Positions 1-13,026 of a stretch of 64,000 nt of DNA are shown here, one piece after another. A program made the position numbers and the translations under genes. Source of the DNA: Thermoplasmata archaeon (GTDB lineage Archaea > Thermoplasmatota > Thermoplasmata > RBG-16-68-12 > JAFNFQ01); NCBI GenBank assembly GCA_041489255.1, contig JBGPQV010000009.1, positions 1 to 64,000 of the forward strand, in the 5' to 3' direction. Each line of letters starts with the position of its first letter. Position 1 is the stretch's first letter. The notes beneath the pieces were generated by a model. The model saw only the letters and a program-made list of their open reading frames with translations. It ran no database searches and had not been told where the DNA came from.

Positions 1-9
1 AAGCGGCGC

Positions 10-420
10 ATTGTCCCGCCGCCCGGGACAATTGGGACCGGCTCTCGGACAACCGGAATCGAACGAGGGACAGGAATCGGGGATGCCGCGACAGCACGGC
101 AGGGCGCGGGACAACCGGGACGATGTCGGGGACAATTGCCCTATGCATTCGGACAACGGGGACGCATACCGGGGCAATTGGGACGTGTCCGGGGACAACC
201 GCCCCCAATCCGGGGACAACGGGGACCGTCTCTGGGACAACCGCTCCATATGCGCGGGCACGGGGATCGACCCTCGGATAATCGGGATGGGTCCCGGGAC
301 AATTGGGACCGATACCGGGACAATTGAGAAGGCTACGGGGGCAATCGGCCCCAAGTCGCGGGCAATTGCCCCGGATACGGTTCCGATTGGGGAGAATCGG
401 GTCCCGTATGGAGTGGACTT
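10..420. repeat. Degenerate 21-bp-period tandem array A (GGACAA/GGGCAA core)
   Basis: Core at 26,47,68,89,109,130,151,172,193,214,235,256,276,297,318,339,360 (steps of 21, two steps of 20); perfect 9-bp inverted repeat ATTGTCCCG (10-18)/CGGGACAAT (24-32) at the left end. Confidence 0.85.
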
Positions 421-489
421 GGTCCTGATCCGATAAAGACCACTTCGCCCTGGCTACATATCGACATGGTATCTTCCACGCCAAGTTTC

Positions 490-1000
490 ATTTCGAATCG
501 ATTCCGTCCACGGCTGCCCTCTCGCCACGGAATACCGCACTCGTGTCGGCACCATGTGAACTCACCTGCGTTCCACCGTCACTGACCCTCTCTACCCTTG
601 AAACACATCCTCCACCATCCGAATCGATGTCGTCCACGCGTGCGCGGGACTGCTCTCCATGTGAATCGAATCGGTCCACGCCGGAACTGACTTGTTCCCC
701 ATTGGAGTTGGCCTGTTTCGAGGCTGAATTGCAGTTCTCGACGTTGGAAGGCTGTGTGCTACAGTCGGGAACAGGTCGATTCATGTGTAAACGAGGTTGC
801 TCCAGATGTGGATGAGACGGGTCTCGGTGGAGAAACGGTCGATTCAGGCGTTCGAGCATGGATGAGAGAGTAGAGCAGATCGATTCAGGCGTAGACCGCA
901 TTGCTCCAACATGTCGGGGCACCACGGTCCATTGGGGTAAGTCCCACGCGAACGTAGACCCGGAAAGCGCGAGGGCGACCGACCTCGATGAGCGAGTGGC
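490..1000. repeat. Degenerate 21-bp-period array B with two inverted arms
   Basis: GAATCGA-like core at 495,558,600,621,663,684,705,726; reverse-complement TCGATTC-like core at 776,797,839,859,880,901,985; polarity flips near 755. Confidence 0.7.
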
Positions 1001-1182
1001 GCACCATGACGCGCACCAATCATTATGTTTTGTTCGGCAGAAGATGAGGCGGATCCTGATAAACGAATGAGGATAGCCGCCACAGATTCTTGATTCCCTC
1101 GCCCGAGAACAAGGTGGACAAAGTGATGCAGTGTCACGTAACCGCAAAACCTACTTATCGCCGCCAGGTCTACTCTCGCCTC

Positions 1183-2436
1183 GTGAGAGTCCACGTCGAG
1201 GCATACGGCTGCACCCTGAACAAGGGCGAGGCCAGGATGATGGCCGAGACCCTCCGCGAGGGCGGGCACGCCATAGTCTCTGACGCAAACTCAGCCGATG
1301 CGAACCTCCTCGTGACCTGCACCGTGATCGACGCCACGGAGAGGCGAATGATCTCTCGGATGAAGGCCCTGGCGGGAACCGGCAAACCTCTCATCGTCTC
1401 CGGCTGCATGGCCACCGCACAGCCCGCCATCGTGAGTGAAGTCGCTCCACAGGCGGAACTTGTCCCGCCAGGGGATTTTTCCCGCCTATCCGAAATCTTT
1501 GGCGGGAAACGAATCGGATGGCGGGAGGAAATCACTTCGATTGAACCGCCAGACTCCAGCGTCGAGGCGATAGTCCCCATCGCGCAGGGCTGCGTCGGGC
1601 GGTGCACCTACTGCATCACGAAGCTCGCGCGCGGCGGTCTGAGGAGCCGTCAGAAAGAGGACATCATCCGGCGGGTGGAGCGCCACCTCTCTGCGGGCTG
1701 CAAGGAGATATGGCTCACCGCGCAGGACTCGACCGCCTACGGGCGGGACATCGGCCTGACCCTCGCCGGCTTGATCGATTCTGTTGCGGGAGTCGAGGGG
1801 GATTTCCGCATCCGCGTCGGCATGGCGAGCCCGCAGACCTGTCTCCCGATCTTCAACGAACTCGTCAAGGCCTACTCCTCCCCCAAGGTCTACAAGTTCC
1901 TGCACCTGCCCGTGCAGAGCGGGGACGACGAGATACTGGAGGCGATGGGGCGGGACTACACCATCGACGACTTCAAGCGGATCGTTGCGGGATTCCGCGA
2001 GGCTTTCTCCGACATCACGCTCTCCACCGACATCATAGTCGGATTCCCCGGAGAGACCGAGAAGCATTTCGAGGCGTCCATGAACCTCATCAAGGAAGTC
2101 AAGCCTGGCAAAGTCAACGTGACCAGGTTCTCCTCGCGCCCGGGCACGAAAGCCGAGACGATGGCGGGTAAGGTCGCCGGCTGGCGCGCGAAGGAATGGT
2201 CTCGCAAGATGACCGCCATGCGCTTCCAGATCGCCCGCCAGATCAACAAGGCCTACGAGGGCAGGGTGCTCGACGCGATGACGACGGAGAGAGGGAAGAA
2301 CAAGACGACTCTCGCGAGGACTCTGAACTACAAGCAACTGGTCATCAAGAGCGAACTGCCCCTGGGCCGCATGATTCGAGCGAAGGTGGTCGAAGGCCGG
2401 GATGTCGACCTCATCGCCGAGGTCGTCGAGACTTGA
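1183..2436 (+). CDS. mtaB: MiaB-like tRNA methylthiotransferase (archaeal e-MtaB/CDKAL1 type)
   Basis: UPF0004 N-terminus (EAYGCTLN, TCTV, SGCM), radical SAM CVGRCTYC, HLPVQSG, DIIVGFPGETE, C-terminal TRAM; GTG start at 1183 chosen from the domain start and an upstream CTTAT box. Confidence 0.85.
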   Translation: MRVHVEAYGCTLNKGEARMMAETLREGGHAIVSDANSADANLLVTCTVIDATERRMISRMKALAGTGKPLIVSGCMATAQPAIVSEVAPQAELVPPGDFSRLSEIFGGKRIGWREEITSIEPPDSSVEAIVPIAQGCVGRCTYCITKLARGGLRSRQKEDIIRRVERHLSAGCKEIWLTAQDSTAYGRDIGLTLAGLIDSVAGVEGDFRIRVGMASPQTCLPIFNELVKAYSSPKVYKFLHLPVQSGDDEILEAMGRDYTIDDFKRIVAGFREAFSDITLSTDIIVGFPGETEKHFEASMNLIKEVKPGKVNVTRFSSRPGTKAETMAGKVAGWRAKEWSRKMTAMRFQIARQINKAYEGRVLDAMTTERGKNKTTLARTLNYKQLVIKSELPLGRMIRAKVVEGRDVDLIAEVVET

Positions 2437-2861
2437 GCGTCGGAAGAGGTGAACGCACTCTTTCCCGCCAAGATACATCCGTTGGAAATCACTAACACCT
2501 ACCACCGCCATACTCAATGACGGAGGGATGTCAGATCCCCTTCAAGGGAAAGGCAAAAAGGATCTCGCAACGAACTCCGGCGGCACACGACCCCGAGCGC
2601 CTTCGAATATCTCGCGCTCCGCCAGCCGCGCCGAAGCGCCGCATGCACCCACCACTAGCACCCGCGGGCGCGATTCACCTCCCGCACGCACGGTGCCTCC
2701 ACCCCTCCTCAATGCATGCCGAGCGCGACGACGCAGAGCTGGCATAGAGCCCCCCTCGCACCTCCACCGGGACAGCGCGAAGGGTCACGTCGGAGTCGCG
2801 CGGCGGGACACCGGGCTTTCCTGACATCCCTTCTTATTTTTTTATCCAGCAAGTGAGGCAA

Positions 2862-2875
2862 GCTGTTTATATGCC
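2862..2875 (+). promoter_or_regulatory. TATA box of the tRNA-Ser gene
   Basis: TTTATATG about 30 nt upstream of the tRNA 5' end. Confidence 0.6.
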
Positions 2876-2904
2876 GTTGCCGTGATACTCGCGCGGCGGC
2901 AGAT

Positions 2905-3027
2905 GCCGAGGTCGTCTAGTCCGGTAGGGCGCCAGCTTGGAGAGCTGGTGGCGGGAAACCGCCTCGGGAGTTCAAAAGGACTCCAGCTCTTGTGACGGCA
3001 TGGGTCCTGGAATTCTCCCCCTCGGCG
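2905..3027 (+). tRNA. tRNA-Ser(GGA) with a 37-nt intron in the T-loop
   Basis: Acceptor GCCGAGG/CCTCGGC, discriminator G, anticodon stem CCAGC/GCTGG with loop TTGGAGA, long variable arm GGCGG-GAAA-CCGCC, T-stem GGGAG/CTCCC; removing 2977-3013 restores T-loop TTCAAAT. Confidence 0.92.
2977..3013 (+). other. Non-canonical tRNA intron (position 59/60) with bulge-helix-bulge motif
   Basis: GGGAG-TTCA-AA|A-GGAC...GTCC-TGGA-AT|T-CTCCC: 4-bp central helix TTCA/TGGA flanked by two 3-nt bulges and outer helices. Confidence 0.85.
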
Positions 3028-3115
3028 CTTGGCCGCCGTCCTTTTTCCGGGGAGACAGCGTCGGGCGACAATGAAACTTATTTCAACTTCTAACCGGTTG
3101 CCTCGGTCGAGACGC

Positions 3116-4543
3116 ATGGCCACGAGGTTACTCTTCGTCGAGCCGCCAAAGGAATACTGGTTCGTGATGGGGGAGTACCTCCCGCCGCCGACGGGGCTCC
3201 TCGCCCTTGCGGCATACGTCGAGAGGGAGCTGTCGGGCACCGAGATCGGGGTCGTCGACTGTCAGGCGGAGGGCAAGGGCTGGCCGGAGCTGGAGAAGAG
3301 CATCGAGTCGTTCTCTCCTTCCATTGTCGCCACCTCGGGCTTCACGTGCAACGCTTACGTGTGCGCGAAGGTCGCCGAGCTTGCGAAGAAGGTGGACGAG
3401 AGGATCGTCACAATCGTCGGCGGGCAGCACTTCTCAGCGATCCCCGAGGAATCCCTGAGGGACTTCCCTGAGATAGACTACATCGTCCGCGGCGAGGGCG
3501 AGCAGACCCTGGTCGAATTGATCAGGGCCTTAGAGCAGGCGAAAGGAGTCGCCGACGTCAGGGGCCTCTCGTTCAAGAACAACGGCGGCATCGTCCACAC
3601 GCCCCCCCGCCCCCTGATCGAGGACCTCGACAGCCTGCCCTTCCCGGCCTACCATCTCCTGGGGAAGAACATCGGGAAGTATCACTTCACGATGATGGCG
3701 GGCAAGAACACCAGCTACATGATCCTGGAGGGCTCGCGCGGCTGCAGCTTCAAGTGTTCCTTCTGCACTCAGTGGCGGCACTGGGGCGGGACGTGGCGGA
3801 CGAAGTCCGCGAAGCGCATCGCGGACGAGATGGAGCACCTGCACAACGATTTCGGCGGGCAGTTCCTCTGGCTCACCGACGACAACTTCGACTACGAGAA
3901 GAGGGGGAAGGCGCTTTGGCTGGAGCTCAAGGACAGGAAGTTCAGCAAGGATATCGTCTGGTTCTTCCAAGCGAGGATGGACGACATCGCCAGGCACCCG
4001 GACCTCGTGGCGAAGATGCACGAGGTAGGCAACAACTGGATACTCGTGGGCGTCGAGAGCGACTCGCCTGAGCGATTGAAGGAGTTCAGGAAAGGAATAC
4101 AGAAGAGCCCTGCGGCCCAGGCGGTGAAGATTTTGAACGACAACGACATCTTCAGCCAGTCCATGCTCATCATCGGTTCGAGGAAGGACACCGAGGAATC
4201 GATCGAGCAGCTGAGGCGCTTCACTCTCGGCCTCGACACGAACTTCGCCATCTACACGGTCCTCACACCCTTCCCGGGCACCGACATCTACCAGGAGGCC
4301 GCGCAGAACGGCTGGCTCGAAGACAGGAATTTCGCGCACTACGACATGTCCCACGCGATCATGCCGACCGAGACCATGTCGAGGATGGACGTGCAGGAGG
4401 CGCTATACTACTGCTACAAAGACTTCTATGGGTCCGTCACGAGGGGGCTGCGCGGGCTGTTCGCGAAGAACATGGTGAAAAGGAGGGCCTACCGCCACAT
4501 GGCCAAGAAAGGCGTCCTCCGCAGCCTGAGGAATCTGATTTGA
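3116..4543 (+). CDS. Cobalamin-binding (class B) radical SAM protein
   Basis: PPTGLLALAAY, IVGGQH, RGEGE B12-binding domain; SRGCSFKCSFC; DDNF; GVES; TPFPGT. Confidence 0.85.
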   Translation: MATRLLFVEPPKEYWFVMGEYLPPPTGLLALAAYVERELSGTEIGVVDCQAEGKGWPELEKSIESFSPSIVATSGFTCNAYVCAKVAELAKKVDERIVTIVGGQHFSAIPEESLRDFPEIDYIVRGEGEQTLVELIRALEQAKGVADVRGLSFKNNGGIVHTPPRPLIEDLDSLPFPAYHLLGKNIGKYHFTMMAGKNTSYMILEGSRGCSFKCSFCTQWRHWGGTWRTKSAKRIADEMEHLHNDFGGQFLWLTDDNFDYEKRGKALWLELKDRKFSKDIVWFFQARMDDIARHPDLVAKMHEVGNNWILVGVESDSPERLKEFRKGIQKSPAAQAVKILNDNDIFSQSMLIIGSRKDTEESIEQLRRFTLGLDTNFAIYTVLTPFPGTDIYQEAAQNGWLEDRNFAHYDMSHAIMPTETMSRMDVQEALYYCYKDFYGSVTRGLRGLFAKNMVKRRAYRHMAKKGVLRSLRNLI

Positions 4544-5250
4544 GCGAGAAGGATGGCGCGGGGGAGATGCTGATCCTCTCCCTGGCGGGAGCGGTCATAG
4601 TGCTGACGCTTGCATGGCTTGGCGCATCTGTCCATGGCGGTGTGCAGCTCACCGACAGGCTGATCATCGGAGTGCCGCTGCTCGCGAGCTTCCTGCTCGG
4701 CATGTCGATGGCGGTGAAACCCGGGTGGATGAGGAGACTGCGCAGGGACGCGGTTCACTCGCCAAACGTCAGCCCGCCACAATCTTCGGATCGAGTTCGC
4801 CATGGCCATCATCCCGACTGTGAGCATTTCAGACCGCACACTGTAAGAGTTGGCGGTAAGGTTCTCTGCGCGGGATGCACTGGGCTGGCATTGGGTTCGG
4901 TCGTTTCGATTGCGATGGTGATCCTCTACGTTTCTCTGCAAATATCCGTGACACTCGGCGTTTCAATTAGCCTTGTAGTTTCTGGTATTTCATTGGTTTG
5001 GGTATCCTTGGCCAGTAGCGAATTGATCCAGGCACGAGGAAGCGGCCGCTTCTACAGCAATAGTCTGATGCCCGTCGGTTTTTTCCTCGTGGCGATGGGT
5101 CTGCTCGAAACGACCGGGAACGCTGCCTACGGATTGGCGGGAGTCCTGATTTCATTCCTTTGGCTCGATACAAGGATCAGACTGTCCCGCCGCCGCCACA
5201 TCCGGATTTGCAGCAGCTGCGGTGAGACCTGCAAGTCCTATTTGGCCTGA
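4540..5250 (+). CDS. Multi-pass membrane protein with Cys/His metal-binding motifs
   Basis: About 6 hydrophobic segments; HGHHPDCEHF, LCAGC and C-terminal CSSCGETC; start overlaps upstream stop (TTGA). Confidence 0.6.
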   Translation: MSEKDGAGEMLILSLAGAVIVLTLAWLGASVHGGVQLTDRLIIGVPLLASFLLGMSMAVKPGWMRRLRRDAVHSPNVSPPQSSDRVRHGHHPDCEHFRPHTVRVGGKVLCAGCTGLALGSVVSIAMVILYVSLQISVTLGVSISLVVSGISLVWVSLASSELIQARGSGRFYSNSLMPVGFFLVAMGLLETTGNAAYGLAGVLISFLWLDTRIRLSRRRHIRICSSCGETCKSYLA

Positions 5251-5573
5251 CCCTGCTTCCTCAGCATGCCGACGCCCAGGGCAATGACGACTATCCCGAT
5301 GACGATCGGGAAGATCCACCACAGCTGGAAGTTCGCGAGCTCTGGCGGAAGCCCCTGTATGTTCCTCAACCCGAACTCGAAGATGATCCAAAGCCCGATG
5401 AGGATGACGATTATCGCCCAGAACCACGAGCCCTTGTGGGATGTGCCCGAGCAGCCCTCGTCGCACTGGTCCTTCCTCTGCTCCCTTACCCCGACTCCGA
5501 GCGGGGCGCCGCAGCCGTTGCAGAACCTCGCGTCGTCCTCGTTCTTCTTGCCGCATTTGGCGCAGTAAGTCAT
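5238..5573 (-). CDS. Zinc-ribbon membrane protein
   Basis: YCAKCG...FCNGCG zinc ribbon followed by two TM helices. Confidence 0.75.
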   Translation of the reverse strand: MTYCAKCGKKNEDDARFCNGCGAPLGVGVREQRKDQCDEGCSGTSHKGSWFWAIIVILIGLWIIFEFGLRNIQGLPPELANFQLWWIFPIVIGIVVIALGVGMLRKQGQAK

Positions 5574-5652
5574 GCCTTACACCGAGTGCGAATCTGGACT
5601 CGTGTTAATAATGCTTTCCCGCAAGGAAGGACTCGGTCTCACATTCCACGTC

Positions 5653-6705
5653 TCAGGCCTGCTGGCCCCCGCCCCTCGACCTCAGCCTGGCCTTCAGCGC
5701 CTCTATCGAGACGACCGGATAGGGGTCCACCTTGCGCAGGACTGCAAGGTATATGCTCGCCAGGTCGCCGAGCAGGAGAGTCCCCAGCATCCTCGACAGC
5801 AGGTTGTCCCCCTCGCTCTGCACCTCTATCGGCTTCACCCTCTTCCCGATGATCGCCCTGGTCGCATCGAGCCTGTTCCTTAACTCCTCAGTCTCGTCGC
5901 GGTCCCTCAGGAATATCGGCAGGAACCGCCCCGCCACCTGGCTCCCGCCCCATCCCTCGATCTCGTTGTGGTCAGCCTCGGGGAAGGACGAAGCCCAGGC
6001 GAGGATCTTCGCGTTCTCGTTGAACTCCGTCTGCCACCGCCTCGCGACAGGGGCGAAGGCCATAGAACCGTAGATGATCGGCGTCTTGCCGTAGACCTTG
6101 AGCGCGATTGACTTGGCCCTGTTCACCTTCGTGCTCTTGTCGGGGTTGAGCACCTTCCTCTCCTCCTCGAGGTGCGCCGCCGCTTTCTTGATCTCCTTGT
6201 CGACGTTGTCCACGATGACGCTGCGGCACAGCCCCGCGATCGTACCGAACAGGTAACCGAAGGCGCCGCGCGGCGGGTATCCCTGTGGCACCCCAATCCT
6301 CTCGGCGCGATTCTCCATGCAGAAGCTCGCGAGCTCCCCGCCGCTGCTGACCCCTATGAGCTTGCACCCGATGCCGAGCGCCTGACTCGCGGCGCTGAGA
6401 GTCTCCTCTGTGTTGCCCGAGTAGCTCACCGCGATGACGACGTCGCCCTCGCTCGCATACGCAGGCAGCCGGTAGTCCCTGACGACCTGTATGTCGGTCG
6501 TGCGCCTATCCATCGTCCAGGCGGCGAAGACATCCGCGGCGATGGCCGAGCCGCCCATCCCGACGACGAATATCTTACTCACGTCCGAGGGCAGACTGAA
6601 TGCACTCCCCTGGTCGAGGCCGAAGACCATCTGCTCGGGCAGCGACGATAAGATGCCAAGCAAGTCCCTCTTGTCTATCCTCGAGACCTCTCCGGGGGCT
6701 AGCAT
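5653..6705 (-). CDS. Bifunctional phosphoglucose/phosphomannose isomerase
   Basis: GMGGSAI, SYSGNTEET, SSGG, PPRGA, EFNENAK, PEADHNEIEGW. Confidence 0.9.
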   Translation of the reverse strand: MLAPGEVSRIDKRDLLGILSSLPEQMVFGLDQGSAFSLPSDVSKIFVVGMGGSAIAADVFAAWTMDRRTTDIQVVRDYRLPAYASEGDVVIAVSYSGNTEETLSAASQALGIGCKLIGVSSGGELASFCMENRAERIGVPQGYPPRGAFGYLFGTIAGLCRSVIVDNVDKEIKKAAAHLEEERKVLNPDKSTKVNRAKSIALKVYGKTPIIYGSMAFAPVARRWQTEFNENAKILAWASSFPEADHNEIEGWGGSQVAGRFLPIFLRDRDETEELRNRLDATRAIIGKRVKPIEVQSEGDNLLSRMLGTLLLGDLASIYLAVLRKVDPYPVVSIEALKARLRSRGGGQQA

Positions 6706-6816
6706 CGGTGCGGAGGCATCTGCTGCGGGCTATTATGACTATCGCAGGCCAGAAGCTCTACCCGTTTCTTGGTAGTTACACCAATCTTGAAATACGCTGA
6801 TGGCGTGGTGAGCTTC

Positions 6817-7515
6817 GTGAACAATCTAGGGAAGGCTCTGGACGACCTCAGGGCGGGCCGGTTCGTTCTGGTCTATGACGCTGACGGCAGGGAGGAGGAG
6901 ACCGACCTGTGCATCGCCAGCGAGTTCATCAGCCCCGGGGCGGTGAGGTCGATGCGCAAGGACGCCGGCGGCTGGATATGCACCACGATACCGCCGGAGA
7001 TGCTGCGCACCCTGGACATCCCGACCCTTGCCGACCTGTTCATCCAGGGAGTCAAGAAGTTCCCGTCGGTCCGGGGGATCGTGCCGGAGAGGCTGCCCTA
7101 CGACCGCAAATCCGCTTTCAGCCTCACGATAAGCCACCGCAACACCTACACCGGGGTCACCGACAACGACCGCGCCCTCACCATCAAGCGGTTCGCCGAG
7201 TTCGCGAGCGAGGCGATCAAGCAGGGGAACGGCTGGGCCGTCAGGTCGTTCGCGAAGGAGTTCCTCGCGCCCGGCCACGTGGCGCTGCTGAAGCCGTCTG
7301 TTCCGCTTCTCGCCTCGCGCCTCGGTCATACTGAGCTCACCACCGCAATGGCGGCGATGGCAGGGTTGACCCCCTCGGCGACAATCTGCGAGATGCTCGG
7401 CGACGACGGCAAGGCGCTCTCCAAAGCCGAGGCAAAGAAATATGCGGAGGCACACAATCTCGCATTCCTCGAAGGGCGGGAGATCCTCGAGGCGTGGCGC
7501 TCATGGTCCGGGTAA
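6817..7515 (+). CDS. ribB: 3,4-dihydroxy-2-butanone-4-phosphate synthase
   Basis: YDADGREEETDL, TYTGVTDNDRA, PGHV, RLGHTE, ICEM; GTG start after GGTGA SD (start uncertain). Confidence 0.9.
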   Translation: MNNLGKALDDLRAGRFVLVYDADGREEETDLCIASEFISPGAVRSMRKDAGGWICTTIPPEMLRTLDIPTLADLFIQGVKKFPSVRGIVPERLPYDRKSAFSLTISHRNTYTGVTDNDRALTIKRFAEFASEAIKQGNGWAVRSFAKEFLAPGHVALLKPSVPLLASRLGHTELTTAMAAMAGLTPSATICEMLGDDGKALSKAEAKKYAEAHNLAFLEGREILEAWRSWSG

Positions 7516-7964
7516 TGGCGACGGGGGTTTTCGACCTGCTCCACCTTGGTCACGTTCACTACCTGACTGAGGCGAAGAAGCAGGGGGACGAGCTGGTCGT
7601 GGTCGTTGCCAGGGACAGCACCGCCAAAAGCGTAAAGCACCAACCGATCACTAAGGAGGAAATGCGCCGGGAGCTGGTTGCGGCGCTGAAACCCGTCGAC
7701 AAGGCAATTCTCGGCCAAGAGGGCAACATCTACGACATCCTCGACGAGGTCAAGCCGGACGTCATCGCCCTGGGCTACGACCAGAAGCACGACGAGGCAC
7801 ACATCATCAGGGAGTGCAAGGCACGCGGACTCGCGAACACCAGGGTCGTCAGGATGCCCAAGTTCGAGGGCGACATCGACGGCACCAGGAAGATCGTGCG
7901 GCGGGTGGCCGACTGGCTCAGGATGCAGGAGAGGCTGGCGCTGGTGGAAGACAGGAAGGTGTGA
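7503..7964 (+). CDS. ribL: Archaeal FAD synthetase (cytidylyltransferase family)
   Basis: GVFDLLHLGH (HxGH), VVARD, PDVIALGYDQ; inside riboflavin operon. Confidence 0.85.
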   Translation: MVRVMATGVFDLLHLGHVHYLTEAKKQGDELVVVVARDSTAKSVKHQPITKEEMRRELVAALKPVDKAILGQEGNIYDILDEVKPDVIALGYDQKHDEAHIIRECKARGLANTRVVRMPKFEGDIDGTRKIVRRVADWLRMQERLALVEDRKV

Positions 7965-7968
7965 TCAC

Positions 7969-8597
<629 letters not shown>

Positions 8598-8598
8598 G

Positions 8599-9012
8599 AT
8601 GAATCTAGGAGTAGTGGTGTCTGAGTTCAATTCGGACGTGACCTATCTGATGTTGGAGAGGGCGAAGGAGCACGCGGCGTTTCTGGGGGCGACGGTGAAG
8701 GAGGTAGTCAAGGTGCCGGGCGTGTACGACATGCCCGTGGCGGCAAAGGCGCTCCTAGCCAGGGTGGACATCGACGGCATAGTCGCCCTCGGCGCTGTCA
8801 TAGAGGGGGAGACGAGGCACGACGAGATAATCATGCAGCAGGCGACGAGGAAGCTCATGGACATCTCCGTCGAGACGGGCAAGCCTGTCGGCCTCGGGAT
8901 AACAGGTCACGGCATGACGAGGTTGCAGGCCCTCGACAGGATAGACAACGCGAAGCAGGCGGTCGAGAGCGCGGTCAAGATGAACCAGAGGCTGAGGGAG
9001 ATCAGGATCTAG
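8599..9012 (+). CDS. ribH: 6,7-dimethyl-8-ribityllumazine synthase
   Basis: [35 protein letters not shown]. Confidence 0.92.
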   Translation: MNLGVVVSEFNSDVTYLMLERAKEHAAFLGATVKEVVKVPGVYDMPVAAKALLARVDIDGIVALGAVIEGETRHDEIIMQQATRKLMDISVETGKPVGLGITGHGMTRLQALDRIDNAKQAVESAVKMNQRLREIRI

Positions 9013-9094
9013 GAACAGGTCCAGAGCCTCTGAGCGGAGCCGATAGCATCAATTACCCCCGCGGCCAATAAGGCAGGAGCGATTTCGCTCGGCG

Positions 9095-12886
<3,792 letters not shown>

Positions 12887-13026
12887 GCAATTAGCCTCCT
12901 TCGAAGTAGGGTAGATATGTTAGTGGTTCTATAAAATCATATCGTGATTCGACCCTGATGGCGGACTGGGTCAGGTGCCGCCCGAAGCGGCCGAGCAGGA
13001 GAACCTCAGCACCGGTTTGAGCTCGA

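Noticed and set aside
10-1000. CRISPR array interpretation of the periodic repeats
   Set aside because: Conserved core is only 6-7 nt in a 21-nt unit; no 25-40-nt identical repeats with spacers and no cas genes in the window
11-1147. ORFs 11-436, 488-1147 and 858-1070 as proteins
   Set aside because: Their heptad appearance follows from the DNA repeats, with frame slips in two of the arms; atypical codon usage. 488-~800 cannot be fully excluded
2524-2831. RNase P or SRP RNA (minus strand starts ...CAGGAAAGCCCGG)
   Set aside because: The matching 3' P4 strand (ACAGAA...GCUUA) and the SRP helix-8 motif are not visible
3029-3115. Longer start for the B12 radical SAM gene
   Set aside because: Abuts the tRNA 3' end and spans its T-tract and a TATA-like box; domain starts at ATG 3116
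12909-12923. HSR1-type CTAAC-N5-GTTAG site upstream of hsp20
   Set aside because: Only one half-site (GTTAG) present
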